Both the position numbers and the translations under genes were made by a program. A stretch of DNA of 64,000 bases from a virus (Duplodnaviria > Caudoviricetes): the IMG/VR virus record IMGVR_UViG_3300031992_000007, positions 192,001-256,000 of that record. One strand, given 5' to 3'. Shown here one piece after another: positions 17,284 through 28,142 of this stretch. The number at the start of each line of letters is the position of its first letter. The stretch's first letter is position 1. A model generated the notes under the pieces. That model saw nothing but the letters and a program-made list of their open reading frames with translations. It did not search any database and was not told the origin of the DNA.

Positions 17284-19974
17284 TTAGTTAACGGTGTCAA
17301 TACGAGTGTATTTCGACGCATCCGCCTTGTAATACCAGTAAGTGCCATCACTCATCAGTTCGAGATTATCGATGGTGATACCATCACCGTTGAAACTGCT
17401 GTAGATGTAAGCTCTCTCAGTAGACTCATCTACCCTGGTGTAGGAAATACGGACTTTCGATCCGTAAGCTCCGGCTATAGCCAGGATAAGTTTCTTACCG
17501 AAAGGAATACTAGAAGGTTCAGGGAGGTGTATCTCCTGAACTCTCGGCAGCACTTCAGAGTAGAGGGTGATACCACAGAACAAAGTCAGTTCTCCGAGCA
17601 TCATCCAGTTACGGAGTTTCTCGGCACTTAGATCCAAGTTCTGATAAGCATCAGGAGACGTGAAGGACCTAGCGACAGAACCTCCAGTCAAGCAAGCCCA
17701 CTCAGACCAGGTATCATTCCAGTGACTGTACGAGCGCATCCAGATGGTTGTATCCTGGATAAAGAGCTGGGTCACATCAGCAGTATGTGCAGGAGCACGC
17801 GCAGTATCCGACTCGTAGTACACAATGCCAGTCTTGAAGTCAATGAGACCAGGGCAGGCCGTCATCACCTTATTGCAAGGATCAAACGTGTAATACGTCT
17901 TACCTTCAACAACCGAAGTGTCGCTGGTGATGAAGTACTGATCGAGTTCGTGTGTAACTGACTGCAAGGCATAGTCCTGACCGAACACAACAAGTCTAGC
18001 TCCCTTCTCCTTGTCAGCGAAGAGAGGATAACCAGTAGGTTCAGACAGTCCTTCAGGGATCCAGTAGACACCACCTTCCTTGACATCATCGGGATGAATA
18101 GAAAGGAAAGCAGCACCCATGAGGAGACCACGCTTCTGAAGTTTGCCAGCCAGATCAGTGTAACCGCTTATGATCGCCTGCAGATTGGCAGGAGTGTCCT
18201 CAGTCGTGGCAGTCTTCGGAAGAAGTCCGTTATCCTTAAGGAGTTCGAACATCTTGGCAGAGAAGCCATACCCATCCATCTCCTCCTTGGATACATAGGA
18301 ACCAGGATGAGGATCAGGTACGAAAGACAGCACAGGGAAGATGTTACCACGAGCGTCGATGTGACCCTTGGAGCCATCGCCCAAACCAGGGGTAATCACA
18401 ACATACACAATGTCGTTGCGATAGACTTTGTGCTGGTAGTGGACAGGAACACCAGGAGTGAGGCTATCGGAAGTCAAGGTAAGCAGATCCTCTATACCCG
18501 AATCAGGATCGATCTCGTAGTACTGGATCGTGCAGTCGAACCTACCATCTTCGATGATAGCTATCTTGAAGACTCCTTCAGCAGCTGAGGATTCATAAGG
18601 AACCTTGGTGAAGTAGGTCTTGTAAGGATCAGGTGCAACATCCTTGGTGGGGAAGAAGTTGACAGGGTTCCTCGAATCGAACCGCTTGATCTGAAGAATC
18701 CAGTCTTTGTCCTTGAAGAGGTCATTCTTGCTTATGGTAAACTTGAGGAAACCATCACAGCAGACAGAGCGGTTGATGTAGAGAGGCTGCTTGGAAGGAT
18801 GAGAATAAGCTCCACTATCAGCAGAGTACTTCCTGTTGGAATAATCAATGATGTCCCTGATACCCAGTTCAGTGTGAGCATCCAGAAGTTCGACTATGCC
18901 AGTAGTGAACTCAGTCTCATCAGCATCGACTTTGAGGTGCCAGGTGTTACCGATAATGGTAGCACTGCCAGAAGCATCATCCATCCTTGGAGCAACCTCG
19001 AAGACGTACTCGGTAGGAACAAGCCCTTCCTTGTAAGCCTCTTCAGTTCTCACAGTGTTCCTACGAGGAGCAGGGGTGCAAGTGATCTGCATCTTCTCGT
19101 AGTCAGCTTCACCTTCCGTACCATACTCGTAAACGACATTGGTTGCCCAGAGCTGTCTATCTTCCGAGTTGGGATCAGGATGTTGGATGATCTTGATGGT
19201 AGAACCAAGCTTCTGAGTGTTGGCGTCAGGGAGATCGAAACGAGGGATGTTAGTGTGAACAGAGTAGACGGCGTTGGTTATCGGGTTGACAACCTCTTCC
19301 ATACGAGCATCGGTAACTACGATGTACTGGGTTTCTCCATTGAGAGTCATCCAGTTACCCCACTTGTACCTGAACTGTGTCTGTCCCGTTACATCGACAT
19401 AACTCTCGTATCTTCCAACACGAGTGTACGACTGAGGTTCATCCTGATCATCGTTGTCTACGAAGAACAACTGACGAATAGGAGATCCGATAGGAAGCTC
19501 GTTCTTGTACTCTATCTCGTGGTCACCATTCGGAGTACCACGATAGGCTTCCACCTCAAGTGCTTTGGAAGTTATCTCGATGTCTTCTGCAGTCTTAGGG
19601 AATTCCTGCGGACCCCAGTACAGTTCGCCTGTAGGAAGAACACCGAGAGTGTAAAGGAATCCACCATAAGGCGTCTGATCTCCAGTCTCTTCTTCACGAA
19701 CTGCATACTTGGGACCGTTGATGTAAGTTCCCTCTGCGATGTGTCTGCAACCCGAGTCGATGATGAGGTCTAAATCGACCTTGTCGCCATCGAAATACTT
19801 GGCGTCGAATGCACTGCTTTTTACGACAGTGTCTCCGCGAAATATATCGGCAACAGCTCTAGCAGTCAGAACAGTCTGCTGCTGTGCAACATCACCCTTT
19901 CTCAGATCACGAATGTCATCAGAAACACGCTGCACCGGCACCGGTTTCATGTTAGGCTGAATGGTCGTGTCCAT
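17284..19974 (-). CDS. Tail fibre-like protein
   Basis: AAGGAG RBS before MDTTIQP; fibre-knob-like motifs (YTRVG...WGNW and IWMRSY...WSEW); TxD...GKTYY repeats. Confidence 0.6.
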   Translation of the reverse strand: MDTTIQPNMKPVPVQRVSDDIRDLRKGDVAQQQTVLTARAVADIFRGDTVVKSSAFDAKYFDGDKVDLDLIIDSGCRHIAEGTYINGPKYAVREEETGDQTPYGGFLYTLGVLPTGELYWGPQEFPKTAEDIEITSKALEVEAYRGTPNGDHEIEYKNELPIGSPIRQLFFVDNDDQDEPQSYTRVGRYESYVDVTGQTQFRYKWGNWMTLNGETQYIVVTDARMEEVVNPITNAVYSVHTNIPRFDLPDANTQKLGSTIKIIQHPDPNSEDRQLWATNVVYEYGTEGEADYEKMQITCTPAPRRNTVRTEEAYKEGLVPTEYVFEVAPRMDDASGSATIIGNTWHLKVDADETEFTTGIVELLDAHTELGIRDIIDYSNRKYSADSGAYSHPSKQPLYINRSVCCDGFLKFTISKNDLFKDKDWILQIKRFDSRNPVNFFPTKDVAPDPYKTYFTKVPYESSAAEGVFKIAIIEDGRFDCTIQYYEIDPDSGIEDLLTLTSDSLTPGVPVHYQHKVYRNDIVYVVITPGLGDGSKGHIDARGNIFPVLSFVPDPHPGSYVSKEEMDGYGFSAKMFELLKDNGLLPKTATTEDTPANLQAIISGYTDLAGKLQKRGLLMGAAFLSIHPDDVKEGGVYWIPEGLSEPTGYPLFADKEKGARLVVFGQDYALQSVTHELDQYFITSDTSVVEGKTYYTFDPCNKVMTACPGLIDFKTGIVYYESDTARAPAHTADVTQLFIQDTTIWMRSYSHWNDTWSEWACLTGGSVARSFTSPDAYQNLDLSAEKLRNWMMLGELTLFCGITLYSEVLPRVQEIHLPEPSSIPFGKKLILAIAGAYGSKVRISYTRVDESTERAYIYSSFNGDGITIDNLELMSDGTYWYYKADASKYTRIDTVN

Positions 19975-20078
19975 AGAGGCTTTTCTCCTTTTAAGAAAGG
20001 TCAAATTACATAAGAATGGTTCCCACAAGTAGCCATGTTATGATTTATTTTTTCACGCCTGAAAGGTGGTAAAACGCT

Positions 20079-23000
20079 ATGGCAACAGATCAAAACACAA
20101 AGGTCAGCAAAGCCGTATTCGACCCCTCCAGAAACGATCATGATAACTCGGATCAGAGGACGTTGTACGGTCAGGTGCTAAGATTTCCTAGTCTGCCACC
20201 TGCACACATGGTTTTCGAAGGCGTAACTGTTTTCGACACGTCCACCAAAGACTTCTACGAATGCCAACACATCGTCACTGAAACTGCAGACTACTACGAG
20301 TGGGTAGCTGTTACTTTCGGTGCAGCGAGAGTGTTCCTTGTTCCTGTAGGTAAGCTTACTGAGAATGACATCTCCGACTACACCGACAAGAGTGCGATAG
20401 ATTGTGTGGCCAAGACCATCAACGAAATCATCGCTGGTCTTCACAGGTACGGAAAACATTTCGATTACCTTGGCTACAGAACTGTTCATGTAGGAGAAGT
20501 CCTTGATCCTAATAAGGACTACTATGGATACAAGAACAACGATCTCATCGACATCGTTGGGAACGAGCTTAACAAGATCTACACCGGTGAAGTGAGACTT
20601 CTCGATCCTTCCGAGTATGTGGTGTCAGTCCCTGTTGAGGAAGACTACAAGTACTTCCTTAAGTCAGATGAGCCGGATATGACCGACTGTGTCAACCGAC
20701 TCAATGAGATCATCGCTCTGCTCAACAAGCACTTCGCGGATATTCCTCTCATTGACATTCGCGAGACTGAGTACGATGCGATAGCTCATGTACTCAACCT
20801 GGTTGTTGAAGAGGTCAACCCGTTCGCGGTACCGTGGCAGGTTGTTATCTACCGCATCTGGCATCTCGAACAGAAGGTTGGTAATGGGACGTTTGTACCG
20901 AACCTGGACGAGAGTCCAGTAGACTTCCCATCCTGGCTGGCGTACAAGTGGCTCAACTACGACAGTGATGAATTTGGTGAACTCAAGGGAGCTACCGTCT
21001 GTCAGATCAACGACACTATCTTCAAGCTCATCGCTTCGATGGATGGGCAGATTGGTGATCTGATCACCTTCTTGTCTGAAGAGACTACCAAGTACAGACC
21101 TGGCAATCCATTCATCAACTTGGTTGACTACCTCAAGTTCGTTGTTGCTCAGATCCCTGAGATCAGAGCTAAACTCGAACTGACTCTTGAAGGTATCCGC
21201 CAGTTGCGCAACTCTCTCGGCAACCTTGGCTATATCGTTTCCACCCACATTACATTCAGTAGCGATACTGAGTATTACTCGTGGAACAACGAGAATGCCA
21301 AGATGGACAAGCTTACTCGTGGTACAGACTACAACACGGGTGACAACGTAGAGGACTGGTGCACTGCGCATGATGTTACCCACATCTACACCTGGTCGTC
21401 TAATGATACTGCAGAACAACTTATCAAACACAATGCTGCGGAAATTGCAAAGAACCGTGCAGACATCGCTGCGATCAATGCGATCCTCGGTACGGAGCTT
21501 GGTGACAAGTTCTACATCGAAACCATCAGTGTTCCTGTGGTGATCGATGGTGTTGAACAACCTGTCTTTAAGTGTGAGGTTGGCTCTGACGAGGGTTATG
21601 GTGCGAACAAGAACACAGTCTTCGAAGAGATCGACATCTACGATCAGTCTGGAGTGCTCCGTCCCTACGAGGATCTTTACAAAGAGTATGGACCTCTCTT
21701 CGTACTTGGTACACCCAAGGTCGTGACCAAGATCGTCGAGATGAACAACCGAGAGATAGCTGCCCTCAACAGGCGGATATCCAAACGAGTCACGGATATC
21801 GAAGAGAACATGAACGTCCGTGCCGAGGCTCTTAAGGAACTGACTGGTGTTGAAGGTAACACCAAGGAAGTTGAGTCCTGGCATGTCGATGGTTACAAGA
21901 AGGTAGTTCTTCCTTGCTCTACCAGGTCCGTGTTCTTCGAGGCTTACACTCGTTATTACAAGAAAGTCGAGGTTGCTGATGGAGAGGAATACGAAAACCA
22001 CTTCATCACGAAACCTAAGGCTACGCTTGATAAGGTGTTCAAGGAGGGCAAGACCTACTACACTCCTATTCGCGGGTCGGTACATGAGCCGGACTACAAC
22101 GAACCTATCGGGTTCCGTGAGCTAGTTCCTGGAACAGACTATCAGATCGGTGATTCTATCGTCCCTGGTGAGTTCGGTGACTTCATCATGGAACTACAGG
22201 AAACCTACACGAACACCAAACCTTTCTTGTTCGTTGAACTTAAGGAAGGCACTGCGGCTCAGGTAGAGGCAGGTGAAGCGGATTACTGTCTGCCTAACTA
22301 TGTCCTTACTGCGGACACTGTGTTCCAGAGTGATAAAGAGTACTTCATCAGGAACGTAGCTGGTAACTACATCAAGGCTACTGGCGGAACGTGGGAAGAG
22401 TACCAGGCTGGAACTGTTTCCTACTGGATCAACTCGTATTACAGGACAAGTGACAAGACGTTCCAGGAGGATAAGGAATACTACTCGTACGTCGAAGATA
22501 CTGGCGAGTATGCCTTGCTGGAAGCTGGTGTCGATTATCAGATCGGCGTTACTATCACTGGCGAGATCTACGAGTACGGTACACAGACTGTTCCTCCGAA
22601 CAGCTTCTACGAGTACGTGGTTCCTGAATCCTCGATCATCAACCGCTACAGCAATGTCTGGGTGAGAGATCGTCAGTGGAAGGAGTACAACACTCACAGA
22701 GGTCTTATCGACAGGAACACTGACGACATCGCAAGGTGTCTGAAGAACTGTGGGTTGTTCCAGGACTGGACCAAGGGTCAGGTTGCTGCTATCAAGGACT
22801 TCATCATGTACATGATGCTTGCTACCTTGGACATCGTGACTCAGGAAAACAGCACCTTCTCTATTCTGCACAACACGACGGCTAAACTGGTTACCATTCT
22901 CAACGCCATTGCCAAGCTTGAAGGTAAAGTTACCTACAAGCATGCTGACGGTGTGTACGACGCTGCTTACGACTACTACAGGGCTATCGGATTCGATCTC

Positions 23001-23585
23001 ACGACGGATACGACCTTCGTACCTGGTAAGACGTACTTCGTTCTTGATGGAACCACGTTCCGTGAAGCTACCGTTGAGAAGTATGCTCCTATCCCTGAGA
23101 ACAAGTACTACGAAGCTGTCGAGTTCCACAAGCTTGTTCAGGAAGTGGATTACAGTATCGGACTTGAAGTGTCTCCTCGTATCTTCACTGTTGACTTGGT
23201 TATGCCCACCGTGGAAAACTACACGATGACAGAGATCAAGGATGCAGTTAACAGGATACTCAGGAACTACATGGCTGATCCAAACCTTCCCGTGTACACT
23301 CCGCTACCTGTTGACCAGCCTATTCAGGAGAACATCGTCTACTACAGAAACGTAGATGAAGCGTGGGAGAGGATCGTGCCTGAGGAGGACGACCCCGACA
23401 TGATAGGTCAGCTCATCAAGGAATACGATCCTGAACATGTGTGGTACATCAAACTGGATGAGGAAATCCCGGATGACGGCTACACGATGACTTGGATCCG
23501 TGTTCTGATGAACGAGATGATCCGTCTTCACAACAGAGGTGCTGAGACGTTCAACAACGCCTTCCAGAACTTCATAGCCAGCTAA
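20079..23585 (+). CDS. Large structural protein with coiled-coil segments and TxDxxFxxGKxYY repeats, 1168 aa
   Basis: Long ORF; repeats such as TLDKVFKEGKTYY, TADTVFQSDKEYF, TSDKTFQEDKEYY, TTDTTFVPGKTYF. Confidence 0.7.
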   Translation: MATDQNTKVSKAVFDPSRNDHDNSDQRTLYGQVLRFPSLPPAHMVFEGVTVFDTSTKDFYECQHIVTETADYYEWVAVTFGAARVFLVPVGKLTENDISDYTDKSAIDCVAKTINEIIAGLHRYGKHFDYLGYRTVHVGEVLDPNKDYYGYKNNDLIDIVGNELNKIYTGEVRLLDPSEYVVSVPVEEDYKYFLKSDEPDMTDCVNRLNEIIALLNKHFADIPLIDIRETEYDAIAHVLNLVVEEVNPFAVPWQVVIYRIWHLEQKVGNGTFVPNLDESPVDFPSWLAYKWLNYDSDEFGELKGATVCQINDTIFKLIASMDGQIGDLITFLSEETTKYRPGNPFINLVDYLKFVVAQIPEIRAKLELTLEGIRQLRNSLGNLGYIVSTHITFSSDTEYYSWNNENAKMDKLTRGTDYNTGDNVEDWCTAHDVTHIYTWSSNDTAEQLIKHNAAEIAKNRADIAAINAILGTELGDKFYIETISVPVVIDGVEQPVFKCEVGSDEGYGANKNTVFEEIDIYDQSGVLRPYEDLYKEYGPLFVLGTPKVVTKIVEMNNREIAALNRRISKRVTDIEENMNVRAEALKELTGVEGNTKEVESWHVDGYKKVVLPCSTRSVFFEAYTRYYKKVEVADGEEYENHFITKPKATLDKVFKEGKTYYTPIRGSVHEPDYNEPIGFRELVPGTDYQIGDSIVPGEFGDFIMELQETYTNTKPFLFVELKEGTAAQVEAGEADYCLPNYVLTADTVFQSDKEYFIRNVAGNYIKATGGTWEEYQAGTVSYWINSYYRTSDKTFQEDKEYYSYVEDTGEYALLEAGVDYQIGVTITGEIYEYGTQTVPPNSFYEYVVPESSIINRYSNVWVRDRQWKEYNTHRGLIDRNTDDIARCLKNCGLFQDWTKGQVAAIKDFIMYMMLATLDIVTQENSTFSILHNTTAKLVTILNAIAKLEGKVTYKHADGVYDAAYDYYRAIGFDLTTDTTFVPGKTYFVLDGTTFREATVEKYAPIPENKYYEAVEFHKLVQEVDYSIGLEVSPRIFTVDLVMPTVENYTMTEIKDAVNRILRNYMADPNLPVYTPLPVDQPIQENIVYYRNVDEAWERIVPEEDDPDMIGQLIKEYDPEHVWYIKLDEEIPDDGYTMTWIRVLMNEMIRLHNRGAETFNNAFQNFIAS

Positions 23586-23600
23586 ACTTAGGAGGAGAAA

Positions 23601-25778
23601 ATGGCAACTAAGAGTGCAAATTCTGTGGTCAAACCAAGGTGGCCTAAACCTCTTAAAGCAGTATCGGCCAACGATGGTCACGTCTATTATCTCATCGGGG
23701 ACGATGGTGATGAAGGTGTAGCGAATGTAACGTTCGTAGACTTCTACTCATCCCTTAACCAGTTCGCGCCTAAGGCAGCTAGCGCTCCGTGGAATGACCC
23801 TGACGGGTTCTTCTTCGTGCGCGATGCTGCCTCGAGCGGTCCGGATCACTACGGTGATCCGACCGTTCATGCGGGCTGGGCTATGTACATCTGGGATGGT
23901 ACGAAGTACAAACCTGAGTCCTCGAATTCCGGATGGATCAAAATCTCCCAACAGGGTGACACCGACTGGGATATCACTGATGAGCTAAAAGCGATGTTCG
24001 TTCTCAAGACGGTTTACAACGTCAAGATGAACGAAATCGACAAACACTTCCAGAGGGTTGAAGGTTCGATCATCCAGATTGGCTCTCGAGTCAAAACACT
24101 CGAGGTCAAGATGGACAAGATCTATCCCATGGCTCACGTCCATGTCAACAAGGAAGTTCTGGATCAGTTATCTGAACCTTATCTCAATGTCCTATATTAC
24201 AAAGGTCGTCCTATAGGAGGCAACTCCTACATTTACAACCACGTTGAGGATGTTGACGGAACAAAGGAGATCACTTGGTGCGATCCTACTCTGACTGAGG
24301 ATAAGTGGACCCACGAGGTAGTTGACAACTCCGAGGCAATAGCCAATAAGTTCACTGAGACCGACCTGGCTAGACTTGGACTGACTCTCATCGTTGTTGA
24401 AGCAGATGGTTCTCTGTCTCTGTTCAAGTACATCAATAACCCAGATGGTGAAGGTATAGTTCCCAAGTTCGCTCAGACCATCGTCAGAGATAACCTCGGT
24501 CTCGCTGAATATGTGATCATGCTTCCTCCTGCTGCCAAGCAGTATGTTGGACGTGGTTGCTGGGTACCTGTGCAGGATGACGGTGTTCATACCGTCAACC
24601 ACTTGCACAAGTGTATCAAGGTTACCGATGATGTAGAGACCGGCGCTCATCACTACGAGTGGACTGACGTTACCAACAACGGAAGTCAGCTCGGAGTAAA
24701 GGGTTCGGAAATCGATATCTGTTTCTCCGAAAACTACACCATGTGGACTAGGAACCATCTCCACTTCACTATCCCTGCCGATACTACCAAAGAGGGTAAC
24801 ATCCCTGTTCGGTGGGCTAAGACAGTTATCGTGAGGAAGTTCGGTTCTGCTCCGGAGAATGCCAACGATGGTACTGTGGTGCTTACCTTGACTGACAAGT
24901 CCAAGTACGCAACTGAGTGCTTCATCGATACTGTTCCGTATATCAGTCATCTGAAGAACGATGAACCGATGTACTGGTATTACAGGGCGTTTTCTACGAC
25001 TATGTCTGGTGACACCTATTCTGCTACAGATGCTGTTGTTGCTAAGAAGCTTGACTGGAAGATGATCTACTCTATCCTTCATGGAGATAACGCGGATATC
25101 GTGTTCCATGTGGGTGATGAAATCTACCTCCCTCATCATGCCGAGTACGGTGACATCCTCTGCGAAATAGTTGGTGTTAACACGACTGTCTTCGGTTCTG
25201 AGGAACCTGGACTTCTGGTGGTTACTAAGAACGTTCTCTGTGAGAAAGAGATAGATGCTGCTGAACCTGCTAGTGCGTCTGGTTCTAGTAACCCCGAGTG
25301 GATAGGTGAGGCACATGGTAGCAACGGATCGTTGCTGAACAATGTCCACAACCTTACTACCCTGAACATCATCAACTGGCTTAACAGCACAGAACAAACT
25401 GTTACGTACAAGAAGACGGCATTCGATCAGACTCCTTCCTACGGGACGGAAGCTGGTTTCATGTCAGGCTTCGATGTTGATGATCGTGCAGTGTTCGGTT
25501 ATCATCCGTCGTTCGCGACAGGTAACGAACAGATCGATGCAGTTAAGGTATGTTTGCCTAGGTCAGAGATGCGTTCCTGGGATAACATCACCAAGACCAA
25601 GACGATCGGTAACTCGACAACTCCAACTGTCTGGGCTTCGATGACTGGTGTGGACAGTGCTGCATCTAACCGACCCAAGTTCAAATTCAAGCTTAGCGAT
25701 GGCAATGATGTTCTGCCTGAGGAAACAACGGGTATCGTCCCGATGTTCTTCTTGGTAGGCATAGATCCTGAAGCATAA
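23601..25778 (+). CDS. Tail-associated protein of the local paralogue family (FN3-like plus DUF6273-like C-terminus), 725 aa
   Basis: AGGAGGAG RBS; WAKTVIVRKFGSAPENANDGTVV motif shared with paralogues; ends GIVPMFFLV. Confidence 0.65.
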   Translation: MATKSANSVVKPRWPKPLKAVSANDGHVYYLIGDDGDEGVANVTFVDFYSSLNQFAPKAASAPWNDPDGFFFVRDAASSGPDHYGDPTVHAGWAMYIWDGTKYKPESSNSGWIKISQQGDTDWDITDELKAMFVLKTVYNVKMNEIDKHFQRVEGSIIQIGSRVKTLEVKMDKIYPMAHVHVNKEVLDQLSEPYLNVLYYKGRPIGGNSYIYNHVEDVDGTKEITWCDPTLTEDKWTHEVVDNSEAIANKFTETDLARLGLTLIVVEADGSLSLFKYINNPDGEGIVPKFAQTIVRDNLGLAEYVIMLPPAAKQYVGRGCWVPVQDDGVHTVNHLHKCIKVTDDVETGAHHYEWTDVTNNGSQLGVKGSEIDICFSENYTMWTRNHLHFTIPADTTKEGNIPVRWAKTVIVRKFGSAPENANDGTVVLTLTDKSKYATECFIDTVPYISHLKNDEPMYWYYRAFSTTMSGDTYSATDAVVAKKLDWKMIYSILHGDNADIVFHVGDEIYLPHHAEYGDILCEIVGVNTTVFGSEEPGLLVVTKNVLCEKEIDAAEPASASGSSNPEWIGEAHGSNGSLLNNVHNLTTLNIINWLNSTEQTVTYKKTAFDQTPSYGTEAGFMSGFDVDDRAVFGYHPSFATGNEQIDAVKVCLPRSEMRSWDNITKTKTIGNSTTPTVWASMTGVDSAASNRPKFKFKLSDGNDVLPEETTGIVPMFFLVGIDPEA

Positions 25779-25790
25779 AGCAAACCCTAC

Positions 25791-25816
25791 CCCTAGTGCC
25801 CGCGAGGGCACTAGGG
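25791..25816 (+). terminator. Intrinsic terminator-like hairpin
   Basis: CCCTAGTGCCC-gcga-GGGCACTAGGG with a T-run shortly after; between convergent genes. Confidence 0.7.
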
Positions 25817-25830
25817 ATGGGATTCTTTTT

Positions 25831-26367
25831 TCAGTCCGTAATAACGGCATCCTGATAGGTCATGAACCCAGTCTTGAAGATATGGAACAACCTGTAGCAG
25901 TAGGAGTCTGGGTTCGAACCGATTCTGTCGAATGGTATCGGATAGCCCATGACTCCGTCCTCAGCAATGGAGCTGAACAGAGTAGTTCCATCATCGATGT
26001 TCTCTGGCATGGAACCCTTCTTGCACACAAGCACATCCCGGTCAAACACATCTACTTCTATTCTGTCAACAGCATTAAGCATGTTAGAGATGTGGAGTAG
26101 ATAGTGTGTACCACTGCGCACGAGGATAACAGATCCTTCTGGGTCGGGGAAGATGTTGCCATCGAAGGTGATGTCAACCCACTCCCCTTCCTTCTGCACG
26201 TAGTAGTGCATGGCAACATATCCAGCTTGTGTATCGACCAACCTGAAGACGGACCCTGGAGGAAGGGTAGACGGATCAGGAAGTTCGGTAGTACATCTGA
26301 CCATGATTGGCATAGCCGAGAGGTTAGCAATGGGCTCGTATGTCTTAACAGAACCTTTAATCTTCAT
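25831..26367 (-). CDS. Short paralogue of the tail protein family
   Basis: AGGAG RBS; ELPDP...GYVAMHYY and VCKKGSMPENIDDGT motifs shared with neighbours. Confidence 0.65.
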   Translation of the reverse strand: MKIKGSVKTYEPIANLSAMPIMVRCTTELPDPSTLPPGSVFRLVDTQAGYVAMHYYVQKEGEWVDITFDGNIFPDPEGSVILVRSGTHYLLHISNMLNAVDRIEVDVFDRDVLVCKKGSMPENIDDGTTLFSSIAEDGVMGYPIPFDRIGSNPDSYCYRLFHIFKTGFMTYQDAVITD

Positions 26368-26382
26368 TGTCAGCACTCCTTA

Positions 26383-28134
26383 CTAGGCTACGATACAACA
26401 CCAGGCAACACCAGGTGCAGTCTGTATCCCATTAACATCTGTTTTGTCAGCCGCTACCTTTGACATACTGCAAGGAGCAGTGCTCACTACCTCAGTCCCT
26501 AGAGGAGGAGGTTCAGTGAACCCTCTGCTCTTGACAGACCATACCGACGAGTCTCCTATTACAGAGTACACGTTAGGTGAAATCTCTATCATTCCCAAGG
26601 ATCTGGTGTAATAGCCAGACAACTGTCCGTTCACATCGTACTTGACGTGAGATCTTGTTTCACCCAATTCAGGGATCTCGATCTCTGGGTTGAAGTACGT
26701 CCAGAACAATCCTTCAGGAACAGTGAAGAAGACCGCACTGTTCTTGCCGAAGAGTTCATAGTACGAAGGAATGAAGATCTTGTCCTTCGTCACCACTGGA
26801 GGATAACGGGGAGTCGATCCAGGATGAGTCAAGTCACTACCAAGAGTTGTGACAGCAGCATCAGCTAGAACATTCCTAAACTCTGCTTCTAGGAAGTCGT
26901 AGAATCCAGGCATTTCTCGCTTGCCGTATACACAAACCTGTTCACCAGCACCTGCGGGCAGATCATGAGGATGGGTAGGTTCGAATTCGTAGAACGCCTC
27001 GAAATACCCAAGCTCTTTCGGGTTAACTCTGTCCGGCCACGGTGGAATAGGAACTTGGATGTAGTTGCCTTCTTCAAGAATGAAGTAGTACTTGTTCAGA
27101 TCCCACTTGACGTCCTCAGACACCGTGAATCTGGTGTGTTTATTGAGGAACTGTCTCAAGTTGGATGATACCCAATCAGCTCTTCCTCTTTCACTTGCCC
27201 AGTAGGTCTTGTCCGCCTCACTGATGTTATCAGCTGGGTTGACAACTGTCTGCCTGAGTTCATTGATAATGGAATGCTGCTCCTTGGCATCATAAGTACA
27301 CTTGGGGAGGCAGTGTCTCGACATAAAGATAACACCTGGTTTCTGAACAACAGTGTCTCCTTGGTACACAGGGATATTAGTTCCCATATGAACAACTTGG
27401 AGATCAAGAGTTCCAAGAAGTCCGTGCTCGATCTCGACACAGTCTCCAACAGCGAAGATAGTTCCGCCTTTCCCAGCACGGATAATATCCCGAACATCTT
27501 CCCAAGTGAGAGTCTTGGAACCTTCTGCATCCAAGCCAGTTGCTACACCGTACTTAGTAACAGCGAAGATGTTGTAGGAGTAGTTCATCCCTCTAGGATA
27601 AGTGTCGAACAGAGGATCCTCCGCAGTGTAGTGATCACGTACACCAGACATGGCAACTATCTCACCATCGTGGATAGTCTTGGGCTGATAGGCATCAGGG
27701 TCTCCACCAGAAGGTACGAACTTGCGTACCACGACAGTATAAGCCCAAGTTGCACTGTCAGCAGCATCTCTGTACTTCTTGTCCTTAGGATCAGTCCAAT
27801 ACAAAGTTGTGTAACCACTGTAGCTATCGATGGTGATGTTGACATCACTAACCTTATCCAGAGCACCAGCTTCAGAGAAGGTAGCTATCTCCCAGGAGTA
27901 GACGATAACCTTGATACCAGTTGAAGGATCAACCTCATAGTGTGACACGCACTTATAGACATAACCCTTGAGGTAAATGCGATCACCTACTTTGCAGGAC
28001 TCTCTTAGGAAGAAACTCTGACCAAAGTTATCCTTACTAGGTGTAGGCAGTTCGTCTACAACATGGATGAGAGAACGAAGATCTTCAGGTAAAGCGACCA
28101 ATTCATCGTTGTCGATCAGTCTGTATTTCTTCAT
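26383..28134 (-). CDS. Tail/receptor-binding paralogue with DUF6273-like C-terminal domain, 583 aa
   Basis: WTDPKD...WAYTVVVRK; W.SSNLRQFLN; DKIFIPSYYELFG; YYTRS...GVAWCCIV. Confidence 0.7.
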   Translation of the reverse strand: MKKYRLIDNDELVALPEDLRSLIHVVDELPTPSKDNFGQSFFLRESCKVGDRIYLKGYVYKCVSHYEVDPSTGIKVIVYSWEIATFSEAGALDKVSDVNITIDSYSGYTTLYWTDPKDKKYRDAADSATWAYTVVVRKFVPSGGDPDAYQPKTIHDGEIVAMSGVRDHYTAEDPLFDTYPRGMNYSYNIFAVTKYGVATGLDAEGSKTLTWEDVRDIIRAGKGGTIFAVGDCVEIEHGLLGTLDLQVVHMGTNIPVYQGDTVVQKPGVIFMSRHCLPKCTYDAKEQHSIINELRQTVVNPADNISEADKTYWASERGRADWVSSNLRQFLNKHTRFTVSEDVKWDLNKYYFILEEGNYIQVPIPPWPDRVNPKELGYFEAFYEFEPTHPHDLPAGAGEQVCVYGKREMPGFYDFLEAEFRNVLADAAVTTLGSDLTHPGSTPRYPPVVTKDKIFIPSYYELFGKNSAVFFTVPEGLFWTYFNPEIEIPELGETRSHVKYDVNGQLSGYYTRSLGMIEISPNVYSVIGDSSVWSVKSRGFTEPPPLGTEVVSTAPCSMSKVAADKTDVNGIQTAPGVAWCCIVA

Positions 28135-28142
28135 AATTCTCC